Of a stretch of 64,000 nt of DNA, positions 37,789 to 49,200 are shown piece after piece; position 1 is the stretch's first letter; every line of letters starts with the position of its first letter. Where the stretch lies: positions 1,302,001 to 1,366,000 of the forward strand of contig JBLDXI010000004.1 in assembly GCA_047495785.1 (NCBI GenBank), in the 5' to 3' direction. The notes under the pieces are model-generated. The model did no database searches, was not told the origin of the DNA, and saw only the letters and a list, made by a program, of their open reading frames with translations. A program made the translations under genes and the position numbers. The DNA is from Lepidodermella squamata (Eukaryota > Animalia > Gastrotricha).

Positions 37789-37975
37789 TGGTACACTTTT
37801 CTTCCGAACAACGCCTTGTGAGATTGTCGTAAGAAGTCGAAGTAAATTAATACTTTTCGGGGAGATTACATTCTTTTGACACGTGACAAGTAGATTGATT
37901 TTCATCAATGGCCAAGATCGACGAGCTACTAAAACTTTAAACTGTTAAACTGTTCGAATGAGAAGGCGTTTTGAA

Positions 37976-38773
37976 ATGAGCTTGTTTGTTATTATTAGCG
38001 CGTTTATTGTACATCATCCCGACGTTTCGACTGCAATCTTAACGGTCATTTTCAAGGGTTATTCGAATTTGCCGTTAGATTGTTCAATTCATAGAGAATA
38101 GAGTTACCAGAGATGAAACTCCTATTGGAAACTAGAAGTTTTAATTCTTTAGCCGATTTCGTAAAATTTCATTATGGCGGATCTTTTTCAAACTCGCGCA
38201 TGCATGTTTACATGTAAAAAATGGTGTTTTTCCATGCGCTATACCCACTATCCCCCATCATGGAATTTAGATTTTTTTATTTTAATCGAAGGGGATCGGT
38301 TTCATCTACAACCAGTTCAAAGGAATCCGTACGGAAATGAACGGTTTTGACGCCATAGCGGTTTTCCCGAAGGTCACTTTTTGGGGGTTCAAAAATAGGT
38401 GTTTTCGGCTTGACCTCACGGCCACATCCTTGATCGGACTATCGCTTTCTTTCGTTGAAATGATAGAACTGAGTCCATATTATCACCATGTGAAATGATT
38501 TGTTTACTAAAGCCACAGTTCGATTGCCTTGTGCAAGAAATGCTTGTAATTAAGGAGAAAAAACCATCCATTAATACTCAAAAAGATTCCATTCGCGCTA
38601 AGCTATTTACTAACTAAAAAATCCACCTTAATTCGGTATCTAAGAAATTTACAGCTTTGAATAATTGAACAATCTAACTGCTAATTCGAATAACCCTTGA
38701 AAATGACTGTTAAGATTGCAGTCGAAACGTCGGGATGTACAATAAACGCGCTAATAATAACAAACAAGCTCAT
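37976..38773. mobile_element. Penelope-like inverted-repeat element with hammerhead-like motif in both arms
   Basis: ~115-bp inverted arms containing CCCTTGAAAATGACTG-TTAAGATTG-CAGTCGAAACGTCGGG. TTAAACTGTTAAA is repeated at 37937 and 38775. Confidence 0.55.
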
Positions 38774-38938
38774 GTTAAACTGTTAAAACTATTAAATAGC
38801 ATACAATTCGCGAATAATTATTTGGATGTCGCAGATTCACGTGAATGAGGACGCAAACAAAAATGACTGAAACTGGCAATTGTCGACATAGACTGATTCC
38901 GATCCCGTTCGATCATGCAAGATCCTGAAATTTAGATG

Positions 38939-39140
38939 CACGGTGACGCCGAAATTGCGTCGCAAAATAAAATCTAACAACAGAGCAGCCTCCAGAAATA
39001 GGTCTTTCAGGCTGAATTTTTGTATTCGAGGAGGGTTTGGTAAATGAGGACGGTAGGCGAAAAATTAGCCGGTTTTGCTGCAAGAGCGACAAGTTTTGAT
39101 TTTTAGATTTTTCTTGAGACGCAATTTCGGCGTCACTATG
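38939..39140. mobile_element. Short MITE (GTGACGCCGAAATTGCGTC TIR)
   Basis: Inverted copies at ~38943 and ~39117-39136. The same end also occurs at ~13208. Confidence 0.6.
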
Positions 39141-39314
39141 TGAAAAATTAATATCTCTCAGCGGAACCAAAGCCGTAACATGCCAAGAGTCATTTGTTGA
39201 ATAATTTACGAATTTCAAGCTAGGAAGGAGTTCTGAAATTCCTACCTAATATTCTTAACAATCTTGAATTTCCCGAAATAATATATTATTTATGGCTCAT
39301 TTCGGTCTTTAAAT

Positions 39315-40248
39315 GGTGTGCCGACAAATGAGTACCGCAACACTTAAGCCCCGTCACTTGCGCCCCGACAAATGAGCCCAAAAACACTTGCGCCCCGTTT
39401 TAAAAACGACACTTGAGTACGCGACTTTTGAGCCCAAATTAAAATATTCAGGGGCGACATTTGCACACACGACAGATGCGCCCAGCGACACTTGAGTTCA
39501 GCCCGCGACATTTGCGCCCTATTTATCTGCGACATTTGCGCCCAGATATACCGTATTTGTGCCTATAGCAGCCCGGGCTACTAAAATTTCAACCTAGAAA
39601 TTTTGAAATTTTTTTGATATCTTTGATATTATTTGTTTGCCTTCGCATAATTTAAAATAGCTCCCGAACCAAGAGGAAAAATGTGATGCGGTTTTTACCA
39701 GGCGATAGATCTGAGAGCGCGGTAAACTTAAGAGCTTTGGATTCGTGAGAGAAAACAGGTGAAAACGACTTTGGTTGAAAATTTCCATTTTTGAATGCTA
39801 TTTTGGGGTCCACAACCCGCAGAACCCAATCGCTGGTTATTTCCCCAACTTCCATTGATGGGTAACGCTAACGAAAACCGCTATGATAGAGATAGAGATA
39901 GCATAACTTAATGGAAGTTGGGAAAATAACCAGCGATTGGGTTCTGCGGGTTGTGGACCCCAAAATAGCATTCAAAAATGGAAATGGTCATTACATTTGC
40001 GACCTGTACTCCTTTCCCGTTATTTCTATCTATTTATTTAACTTCGGCGACAGTTGAGCCCTGGGCGCAAGTGTTCCAGGACGCAAGTGTCGTCAGCTCG
40101 GGCGCAAGTTGAAATAAATTTATTATTTTTATAAATGGGCGCAAGTGTCGTCGGGCGCAAGTTAAAGCTGGGCGCAAATGTCGATACTCAATTGTCGGGG
40201 CGCAAGTGTCGCGGCGCAAGTGTCGCGGTACTCAAATGTCAGGCGACC
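39315..40248. mobile_element. Non-autonomous Mutator-like element with subterminal GACA(C/T)TTGCGCCC arrays and a nested hairpin
   Basis: Imperfect TIRs GGTGTGCCGACAAATGAGTACCGC / GGTCGCCTGACATTTGAGTACCGC, 8-bp TSD CTTTAAAT, and an internal ~75-bp-arm hairpin at 39781-39985. Confidence 0.7.
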
Positions 40249-40700
40249 CTTTAAATTATTCTATTTTTTTCAATTATATTCCATATAAATATTATTTTTA
40301 TAATAAAATGCAGAGGAATCCCCTGAAACTTAATGTGTATCACGCGTAATTGCATCCAATAAATCGATCACCGATTATCGTTTTGAAAAATCGAAAATCG
40401 GTCTCAGGAAAGCAGCATCACCAAGCTTTCTATTGCTATCTATACAGATTTTGTTATCGGAATATCTTTTAGCGGAACCAAATTTATGGTGAGCGGGACC
40501 TAATTTGCTTTTTGCATAACCAAAGTCGAAATATGCCAAAATTCATTTTTTGAATATTTCTACGAAATTTAGGCTAAGGATGAATTTTGAACTGAACACT
40601 TCGTCTTATAGAGAATGTTGCGCTGAATTCACTGGTGAATTTTCTAGAATTATTGTGACCAATCTTGACCTGCAAGAAATGTCAAAAAACCTATTTCAGG

Positions 40701-42420
40701 GAGTAATATCAAATCATCGGAACATTAAATACTTTTATCGTGCTAGTTTTGTCTTAAACCATCGGAACCATCGGAATATTTATTTTACCCATTGAAACCA
40801 ATTAATTCATCGGAATAACACATTTATTCACCGGAAAAACACATTTTCTCATCGGAAACACAGTGATACGTTATTCTACGTTGCGGCTGTTGCCACGGCC
40901 TCGACGACTTGAGGATTCGTCAACCGAAATAGATGTAGCCACAAGTCCGCGACTGCGGCCACGCCTCGGCTCAATACTAGCTACAACAGTGGCCGGTTCA
41001 TTAGATTGAGAAGAAGCAGGTTCCTCCGACTGAACTCGAGCAATAGCAGCACCGCCCCTGCCCCGCTTGCCACGAGTAGCTACAACAGCTACTGGTTGAA
41101 CGGGAGCCACAGCTGAGCCACGTCCGCGGCCACCACGGGTTACAGCAACACCCGAAGTCGGCTGAACAGGAGCTACAACAGCACCACGGCCACCCCGGCC
41201 TCCACGGCTTGGAGCTGGTGCCAACTGAGCAGCAGCAACTGAGGCACCTCGACCCCGACCACGCCCGGTACAACGAGCTCTAGAGCGGCCACCCCGCCCA
41301 CGACTAGAAGAGCCACGGCCACGGTTAACACCGCCTGCTTGATCAACTGGCTCGGCTAAAGCAAGAGCTGGACCATGTCGAGGGGGTCGACCCGGGTTAC
41401 CTCTCAGAACAAGAGGTATCGACTGAAGAGTGTCAGGAATCTGCTTCAGCTCCAGCTCATGAGCCAAGGCGATGGCGTGAATGCAGGGAATCTTTTTTGA
41501 CCCTACCCGACATGTACAGGTGATTGTGGCGCCGTTGCTGGTAGTCAAACAACAGAAATCAAGAGAGCACTCGAACTGCGCCAAACTTGCCCAATTCAAC
41601 ACCTGTTTCAAATTTGAAACCTGGCGTTCCGTAATGCCGGTGGAGGCCAGTTGTCGAGTAATGAACTTGGGGCCGTAGTTGATATGGTCGGCCACGTACT
41701 GCCGAATTTCGTCAGTTATACGCGCCTTACCGGGAGGATGTTTGTGCTCGCCGCCGCAAGAGAAAACTGCCATATCGCCAGGTGACCAGGTCAATGTACC
41801 CTTTCTCGGACAATCTTTGGCGTCAGATTTCTTCCTGCAACATGTATAGTAACAGGTAATCTTATGCTTGGATCGCTTGGTGGAGTCGATCCAAACGTCA
41901 CCCTTATACCGGACCCTGATGTAGTCTTTGACCTTTTCGAAGGACCAACCAGGTGGCAGAGTTTCGAAGGTGTCGAACTCGAATGGCTTCTCCTGTACAA
42001 CAAAGTCCTGGTCGTCTGGCACGATGTCAGGGTCGTCATCTTCGTCGTAAGTAGGCTCATCACGGGAAATTTCTTCATAATGGTCTTCTTGTTCATCAAA
42101 TACAGCCTCATCGTCAGAAGCATAAAACTGTTGGAGAAACTCCATAATTGAAAAAGCGAGGAAAAATCGAGGAATGATTCTAATAGGGTTTTCAATTTTT
42201 AAGGTGGAAAAATAACACGTGTTCCGATGAAATAATTCGCGTGTTCCGATGAAATAATACGCGTGTTCCGATGAAATAATACGCGTGTTCCGAAAGATAA
42301 TGATTCTTTCATATTCCGACGGTTTAAGATAGCTTTTCATGAAATAATGCATTTCCGATGGTTTAAGATGAAAGTGGCACGATAAAAGTATTTAATGTTC
42401 CGATGAAAAGATGTGGACCC
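40701..42420 (-). mobile_element. Internally deleted MULE, itself inserted in an older GGAACCAAATTT-family element
   Basis: TIRs rich in CATCGGAA repeats, 8-bp TSD ATTTCAGG (40693-40700 and 42421-42428). Confidence 0.8.
40871..42145 (-). CDS. MULE-derived 424-aa protein: acidic N-terminus, WRKY/FLYWCH-like zinc finger, SWIM finger, RGG-rich tail; no DDE core
   Basis: YYTCCRKKSDAKDCPRKG…GEHKH, then CTCRVGSKKIPCIHAIA, then RGNPGRPPR and many RGRG/RGG repeats, all in one uninterrupted ORF from MEFLQQF. Confidence 0.7.
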   Translation of the reverse strand: MEFLQQFYASDDEAVFDEQEDHYEEISRDEPTYDEDDDPDIVPDDQDFVVQEKPFEFDTFETLPPGWSFEKVKDYIRVRYKGDVWIDSTKRSKHKITCYYTCCRKKSDAKDCPRKGTLTWSPGDMAVFSCGGEHKHPPGKARITDEIRQYVADHINYGPKFITRQLASTGITERQVSNLKQVLNWASLAQFECSLDFCCLTTSNGATITCTCRVGSKKIPCIHAIALAHELELKQIPDTLQSIPLVLRGNPGRPPRHGPALALAEPVDQAGGVNRGRGSSSRGRGGRSRARCTGRGRGRGASVAAAQLAPAPSRGGRGGRGAVVAPVQPTSGVAVTRGGRGRGSAVAPVQPVAVVATRGKRGRGGAAIARVQSEEPASSQSNEPATVVASIEPRRGRSRGLVATSISVDESSSRRGRGNSRNVE

Positions 42421-42662
42421 ATTTCAGGCTACTAGAAAATTCCAAAATTTGGTTCCGCTAACGTAAATTTGGTTCCGCTGACAGGAGGACCCTTTTGTTA
42501 TATCGAAAATATCGACAATAATATCTCTACACTTGGTCATAACCAATTTTTAAATGCTGAAAAATTGTACGTGAAACGTGAATTACTCTCATTGAAGAGT
42601 TGACAGGCGATTTTATAGCTTCGACGAGGCCCACGTTTTAATTGATAACTAACAGAGATAAC

Positions 42663-43994
42663 ATGGTAATAAATCGATTTGGGTCACGCCAACGCAGACG
42701 GTGTGACCTGATTTATATTACGAGTATTCGATGTTGTGCGTGCGTTTTATTACCAAAGCATCGCCACATATTATTACTATTATTGTTATCTTACTTGAGA
42801 ATCGCGTTTTAATGTGGGGCACATTCAAATATTTTTATTATTTTTATACAGAATTTAATTTTTCGAAAATTTTAAATGTCACTTGTTACTCTGCTGGTCA
42901 AGGTGCAAATTTTGATAGAAGTTTTCCTTAAAATTTCTAAATTTATTTTAAATCACAGCAACTTTTGGATTGCATGACCAGGGCTGATTTGCAGACTCTG
43001 TTGACGAATCACTTCAATTATTCGGCGACGAATCTCGCGCCGAAAAAGAAGAGCGAACTGCGCGACTGCGTCGACCGCGCCATTGCCGACCTCGAAAGCG
43101 GCTATGAAAACGAACAGCTGTTGAATAGCATCGTCGAAATCGGCAGGTAACATTCTTTTTTTTCTCGAGGAAATTGTTGACCAAAAATTGTTGAATTTAT
43201 TTTCAGGTACAAAAATATTGCTAAAGAAATGTGAGTTTTCGCGATCAATTATCGATTCACAATTTTAATTTTCATGATAAATTTTAGGAAAAGAACCGCG
43301 GCAACGTCCGGTGAGCCAGTTTATAAGGGACCTGTTTCTATTCGGAAACGGAAATCGGTAATTTTTAACAAATTTATTAAATATTTTTTCGATTTTTTGA
43401 GATTTTTTAAAATGTTTAATCTTCTTCCTATTTTCGCAGATTTTTTTGCCAAGTGACGAAGGGACTAATAGTAAATCTGATGAGCTTGTTACTTCGGAGT
43501 GCTCGTCATCCTCAAATTTGCCGGCTTTTCATTCCAATTATCGATTTCGAGAACGTCAAAGTTCGAAGAAAATCGCTAGAAAATCGCGATATTTTCTCCG
43601 CGAAACAATCACAACACCGGCTAATCGGTTCTTCTTCACTCCTTCCGAAGGCGTAAGTTGGAAAATATTCGATTCCCAGATTCGATGAAATCAAATAATT
43701 GTTTCCTGTCAAAAAAATTCATTATTCTAATTTCTGTGTACCCGATTTTTTTTAACTTAGGATAAGACTTGAAAAAAACATTAATAATTTCAATCTGAAA
43801 AATTATCCTGCTCTAAATTCAGGTTTTTGCTAAGAAAAATTCGATCAATTTGAAAATTCAAATTTTTTTGTAATTTTGAAATTTATTTTTTATAGACGAT
43901 CGGATCAGTGTTCGATAGTACTACGGTGTTCGACCAGAGCAGCGGCGATGTGTACCTGCCGTCGATCGATGTTGAATCCACGTCAACTTATTAA
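42663..43994 (+). CDS. Small multi-exon hypothetical protein (~200 aa) with SAP-like N-terminal helical motif and basic NLS-like stretch
   Basis: Exons QLLDCMTRADLQTLL…KKSELRD…GR | YKNIAKEM | KRTAA…RKRKS | IFLPSD…SEG | TIGSV…STY* splice with consistent phases. The start (ATG|GT at 42663) is inferred. Confidence 0.55.
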
Positions 43995-44369
43995 ACTTTC
44001 AAGCCTCTTTTTTTCGTTCGATTTATTTCAATAACGAAAATGTAACAGCAATTTATCTGATAGCTTTAAACAATTTATTAATGACTCTGAAATAAAACAC
44101 CTTTAAACTGGCATTTCGATGTAAAAAAATGTTGCTCTTTCAATCTTGTCAATTGCTTTCTACTTGAAATATCCGGTTACAAGGCAGGCTGTTGCTTTCA
44201 ATGTAGCTAATCGGCTATTAGCGGCGATTGAATTTTCTATCCGCATACATTTTGTGTCCAGGGTCTTGAGATTACTGTCACTCGATATTCAGTTTATTTC
44301 ACGTGTAACCATTTTTAAAACTACATTTTCTGCCAAAAAATGTACAAGTTATTTTTCATTTTTTTAACG

Positions 44370-46082
44370 ATGCTATTGAACGACGTGATATGCGATGAGC
44401 CGACATCAACGCAAGCGGGAAAATCCAGGCAAAAATCACAGGTCAAAGGTAAGTCATTTCTGATACAGGAAAAAATTATACCTTGAAAATTGAAGAATAA
44501 TATTATCTGATTTTTTTTGAGATAAGATATTTGTCGTGGGCGCTAGTGAAATTTGGGCGTATTACGTAATACGCCTAGGTGTGTATCGAATACAGAAACG
44601 CCTAGGCGCGATATGTAATATGAGTGATAACTAGGCGCCAGTCGAAATTGCCAATGGCGCCAGGCGCTAGCGGTGATATTGAGGTTTATTCGCTTTACGC
44701 CTAGGCGCTATGCGAATAGCATGAAAGACGACCGCTAATTAATATTTCGTGCTAAATTTTTACCGTGATTTTAATGGCATCTGGTATCAAGATTTTCTCA
44801 GAAGCAATTGAAATCTCCCAAAAAACGCCGAAAAACTTTAATTTCATGAGTTGAGCTCAAATGGTCCGCATTAGATCTGATTTTACACTAGATGAATGAA
44901 CTCTTGCCGCCTTTATAGGTAGTAAATGAGTGTCCCGTGCCGGTTTGCGCAAGGATCATCTTCCAAGTTGTAGAGGCTATGGGTTTGATGTTGATTGATG
45001 TTGATTGCGCCTTTATTGCTTGCTCTCGAAATAAAAATTTTAGAGATTTTAAGGTGTATTTCGATAATCGACTGGCGCCTAGGCGTATTAAGGTATATCA
45101 TTAACGCCTAGGCGTATTCGGTGATATTGTCAAGTCTTAGTCGCGAGCGCGCATATTCGCTGGCGCCTAGGCCCTAGGCGTATTCCGAATACGCCATTTT
45201 CGACTGGCGCATGCGACAGATTTTTAGCGTTATAATACATTTTTCGAAATTCGGAAAATTTCAGAAATCTTTGAAAAATGATTATTCCCGAAATCGGGAA
45301 AGGTCAATCATTAAACTGAATTTTTTTTAGGGTTTTATCCAATGTTCCAATTATTTTTCAAAAAAAATTCGAATTTCTTTTTTTCGTAATTTATATGAAT
45401 TTTTATGAACAGGGTGCGATCTTCGATCCCGGAGCTGCCGGGGATGGAAAATTTTTTTTTGCTGTATTTGCCAAAATGACTGGTCATTTTGACTTATAAC
45501 CGAGCGAATTTAGAAAATTTCTTACTAAAACATGCTCCACAACCTCACAAAATTAACAAAACAGTGGGATAAATTCTCATTTTGTTGTCTGGCCCGGCCG
45601 AGCTGGGGGGGATGATCCCCCCCATCCCCCCCTGAAAGTCGCACACTGTTTATGAAACCTTGAGTGTTATTAGAAATATTTCTTCGATTATCCTTTATTT
45701 GATTATTTAAATAATTTTCGAGATTTTTTTAATATTATTAGAAATTGTTCTAGGACTGTTTAATATCACTTTTTCAAAATCCCAATTCTAATTTTCAGAT
45801 TCGATACGGCTTAAATTGCTGAGAGAGGCCTTTGATAGTTATTTTTCGCAACATGGAACCGCGATTGGAATTGACTCGAAAATCATCGAACAACAGCAGC
45901 AGGGTGTCTACAAGTTGGCTGCTTTACCGCGATTGGCTCGGCTGATCAAGCGGTTCGATCGAGCGGAACGGCACAGTCGATACGTGGCGTGTCTCAAGCG
46001 GTACGGCCTCAATAAAACGGCTAGGTTAACGCTGTTACTCGTTCAGCGATGCAGCCGCGAATCGGCAAATCGAATTTTCTAA
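44370..46082 (+). CDS. Two-exon hypothetical basic protein (~120 aa)
   Basis: MLLNDVICDEP…QVK joins by a phase-1 intron (GTAAGT…TTTCAG) to DSIRLKLLREAF…NRIF*. Confidence 0.45.
44532..45218. mobile_element. MITE with TGTCG termini and many CGCCTAGGCG palindromic repeats
   Basis: TGTCGTGGGCGC … GCGCATGCGACA ends, with repeated CCTAGGCG near both ends. Confidence 0.65.
45410..45648. mobile_element. hAT MITE family A (full copy)
   Basis: Ends CAGGGTGCGA / TCGCACACTG, 8-bp TSD TTTATGAA. Confidence 0.9.
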
Positions 46083-46295
46083 TGATTTAATCATTTTCAA
46101 TATTTTCGAGATGAATAAAAAAAATGATGTGTTATTTCTAGAATGTTTTGAATTGTTACTTTTTCCCACGAGCGGTAATCAGTCGCGTGCTGTCAACGTG
46201 GCGCGGCCAGGAAAAATAATTTTCATGAATCAAAAAAAAATCGGATTTTATTGAGAGGTATTTTTCAATTCAATTTGTTCAAATTTTTATTTAGA

Positions 46296-49200
46296 ATGAT
46301 TAGAGTAGCCGTGCTAATTTGTGCGGTATTTATTACTGGCTCGTATGCTCCGCCTCCAACTCCGCTATTCGTAATTTCGTGGTTTTAATTTAATTAAGTT
46401 TTATTTTCAATTATTCCAGGATGCTCCAACTAAAGCTGTTTTGAAACAAATCAATGATCACCTGAGTGATGCTCATGGTTTAGCTAAGGTGAGTCGAAAT
46501 CATTGAATTTAAAAAAAAATCTTGAAATTTCGAATTTTTAAAAATTTAAAAAATTCCATATAATTTCAAAAGAATTCGTAAAAATTAAAAAAAAAGTTAA
46601 AAAATTTCAACAATGGCATTTTCATGTAATTTTCAATTTTCAAAATAGAAGACGTAAATCGGTTTGAATGGGAATTTATAGAGAATTAAATCGAACAAAT
46701 ATCATAAAATCATAAAATTCAATAAGGCTTGAAATTATAATTTTTTCAATTTTCATGCCATCAAAATTGTCGTTCTACTTCAAGTTGACGAATAATTTTC
46801 ACCTCTGTTTTTCGATTGCAGAATGCTGATTTTGCGTCGACGCAAGTTATCGATTTTACCGCCAATCAAATGGTGCCGATTTTCAGCCAGCAACAGGCCG
46901 CTATGATTTACAACTACCTGCTGAACCCGAACGGTTTCACAGCGCCGGCTGACAGTGTGGTCCAAAAATGGGACAGTCCCATCTTCTACAAATTAGACGC
47001 TAGCGTGCCAGGTAGAAAATTCGCTGTAAAAAATTCCATGAACAATTCATTTTCATTTTGAAATATTTGAAATTGAATTTTTGAAATTTTATCCGATTTA
47101 AATTTGTATTTTTCTTTAATATAGCCAGCCCGGACGGTGCTAAAATTGCCAATATTTTGACTGCTTTCGCTGATGCGACGGGTGTTGCGTTTCAAGAATG
47201 GCAAGGGGCGCCCAGCGGTAACGGCATCATCATCGAAAAATCAGACAGGTATGTATAAGCTTGTTTCGCGCGGTTTTAATGAATATTCAAGCGTGAATTT
47301 TTGCTGCCAGTGATTACGCGTTTTACGGCAAAATAGCGACCGCCGAGCCGCAGAAAATCTCCTACAGCGACGTGAAAAATGTCCTGCTCGGCCTTCTCAT
47401 CACTTTCGGCTTTGTGAGTTTCAAAAACTCTTACGAAATATTCTCGAAATATTTTTTTAATTTTACAAAAATTTAAAATAAATAGGATAATATTATTTGA
47501 ATTATGCCATTTGACAACCGAAACAAATCGGGAGAAACGGGTGAAAAACCGAAAATTACCGAGCCTACTACCATCAAATTTCTCGGGTTCTCTCAAGCAA
47601 AAACTTTGGTTTAATGATAAGAGATTCAATCAAAATAACGCAGATCCCAAGACAATTTTTTTATTCGATATAAATTCAAAAATTTGTTTTTGAAAATATC
47701 GAATTTAGAAATTTAGAAATTTCATTTTTTTCAAAATTTTATCTCGCTGATGAAATTTTAATTTTTTTTATACAGCCCCCTGAACATACCCGAATCGATC
47801 GCGATTACTCTATCACCGTTAATTGGGCCGCCATTGCCTGGTGAGTGATTGAACAATTTGAAATCTCATTTCAATTTTAATTCAATTTTCTAAATTTTTC
47901 AGGGATTATCGATTTTTATTCGCAATTATTCCGTGGCGCGATACGCGAGCTTCGGTGCCGTTTGATTTCGCTTCCGCCTCGTTGTTCAACCCGCATTCGT
48001 TTTCGAACGACATTTTCCTGCGCGCTTTTCTGCCGAAAGATATGCGCGATCTGGCGACAATTGCCTCGAACAAGTACGAACTGTCGCTCGAGGACAAGAA
48101 ACGGCTGTACATCCTGCAATGGGGTGAGTAGCCCAAACCAATACAGATGATATTATTCGAACAATTTAATACTTGGTTATTCCAAGTTCAGAATTCCTAT
48201 AATTCTCCGAAAAACCGGAATACTTTCGTGAATTATATGCTTACATTTTTGAGTAATTGAAAAAAATTCCACAGAGAAAAGCTAATTTTTCAGCGAATTT
48301 CTTCACCTTGGAAATTGGTCGAATTTTATAGCGGAAAATCAATTTATTTATCAGCTGAATCTAAACTTTTTTTTCTAATTTTACATTGCCCAAAATTGTT
48401 AAAAAATAATATAATAAAAGAGGAAAGTAAAGTTCCAAATTTCGATAAATGTGAGCGGCTTTAACCATTAATTTTGTTAATGCAAAATCCAGACCAAAAT
48501 CAGAAGAGAAAGGAAAAATTTTCAGGTGAAACCCAAATTAACCTTGGTCTCATTAAAATTAGAGGTTCCCGAGAAATTTGCGGGATGTTCTTCTGATCTT
48601 GAAATTTCCATGGAAACGTTTTATGCCTTTCTCTGATTTCACCAATGTTTTCGAAAAAAATTCTGTGAAAACTCAGGAAAATGGTCCGGTATTTTTCGGT
48701 TTGTTCCCAATTTTTCCATATCAACAGCCGCTTTTACGCTAGAACGTAAGTATGAACTGTAATTAGAATGTGCAGCATTAATTAAGACAGAAAATTGAGA
48801 TTTTATGCAGGTGAGAGAAATTTCGATTTTTTATGGGCTTTTTTTCGAAACAGTCAAAGTTGTTATATGATTGATCGGCAGAATTTCCAATAAATCCCCT
48901 GCAAATTCAGCATAAAATTCTGTACAAGACGCATTCATCACCATAAAATTCATTCTGTGCCTGAATTTCGTAGAATTATCCGAAAAGCGACCTTTCGCTT
49001 ACCTAAAATTAGGTTCCGCAACAGGAAAATTTGGTTCCATTTGGTAATATATTTTTTTTAATATTTGTTTATTTATTGATAAAAATTAACCAAAAATTAC
49101 AAATCAATCGAATAATTTATTTTTGGGAATAATAATGTTTTCATTAATCGGTTATTGATTTGTACAAAATTAATTTATAGGCTCATTGTGCTCATCGACC

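Noticed and set aside
39315-40248. CRISPR-like array of short repeats (also 2455-2680, 40715-40860, 42215-42300)
   Set aside because: Irregular degenerate repeats arranged in inverted orientation inside TIR elements, in a eukaryotic context with no cas genes.
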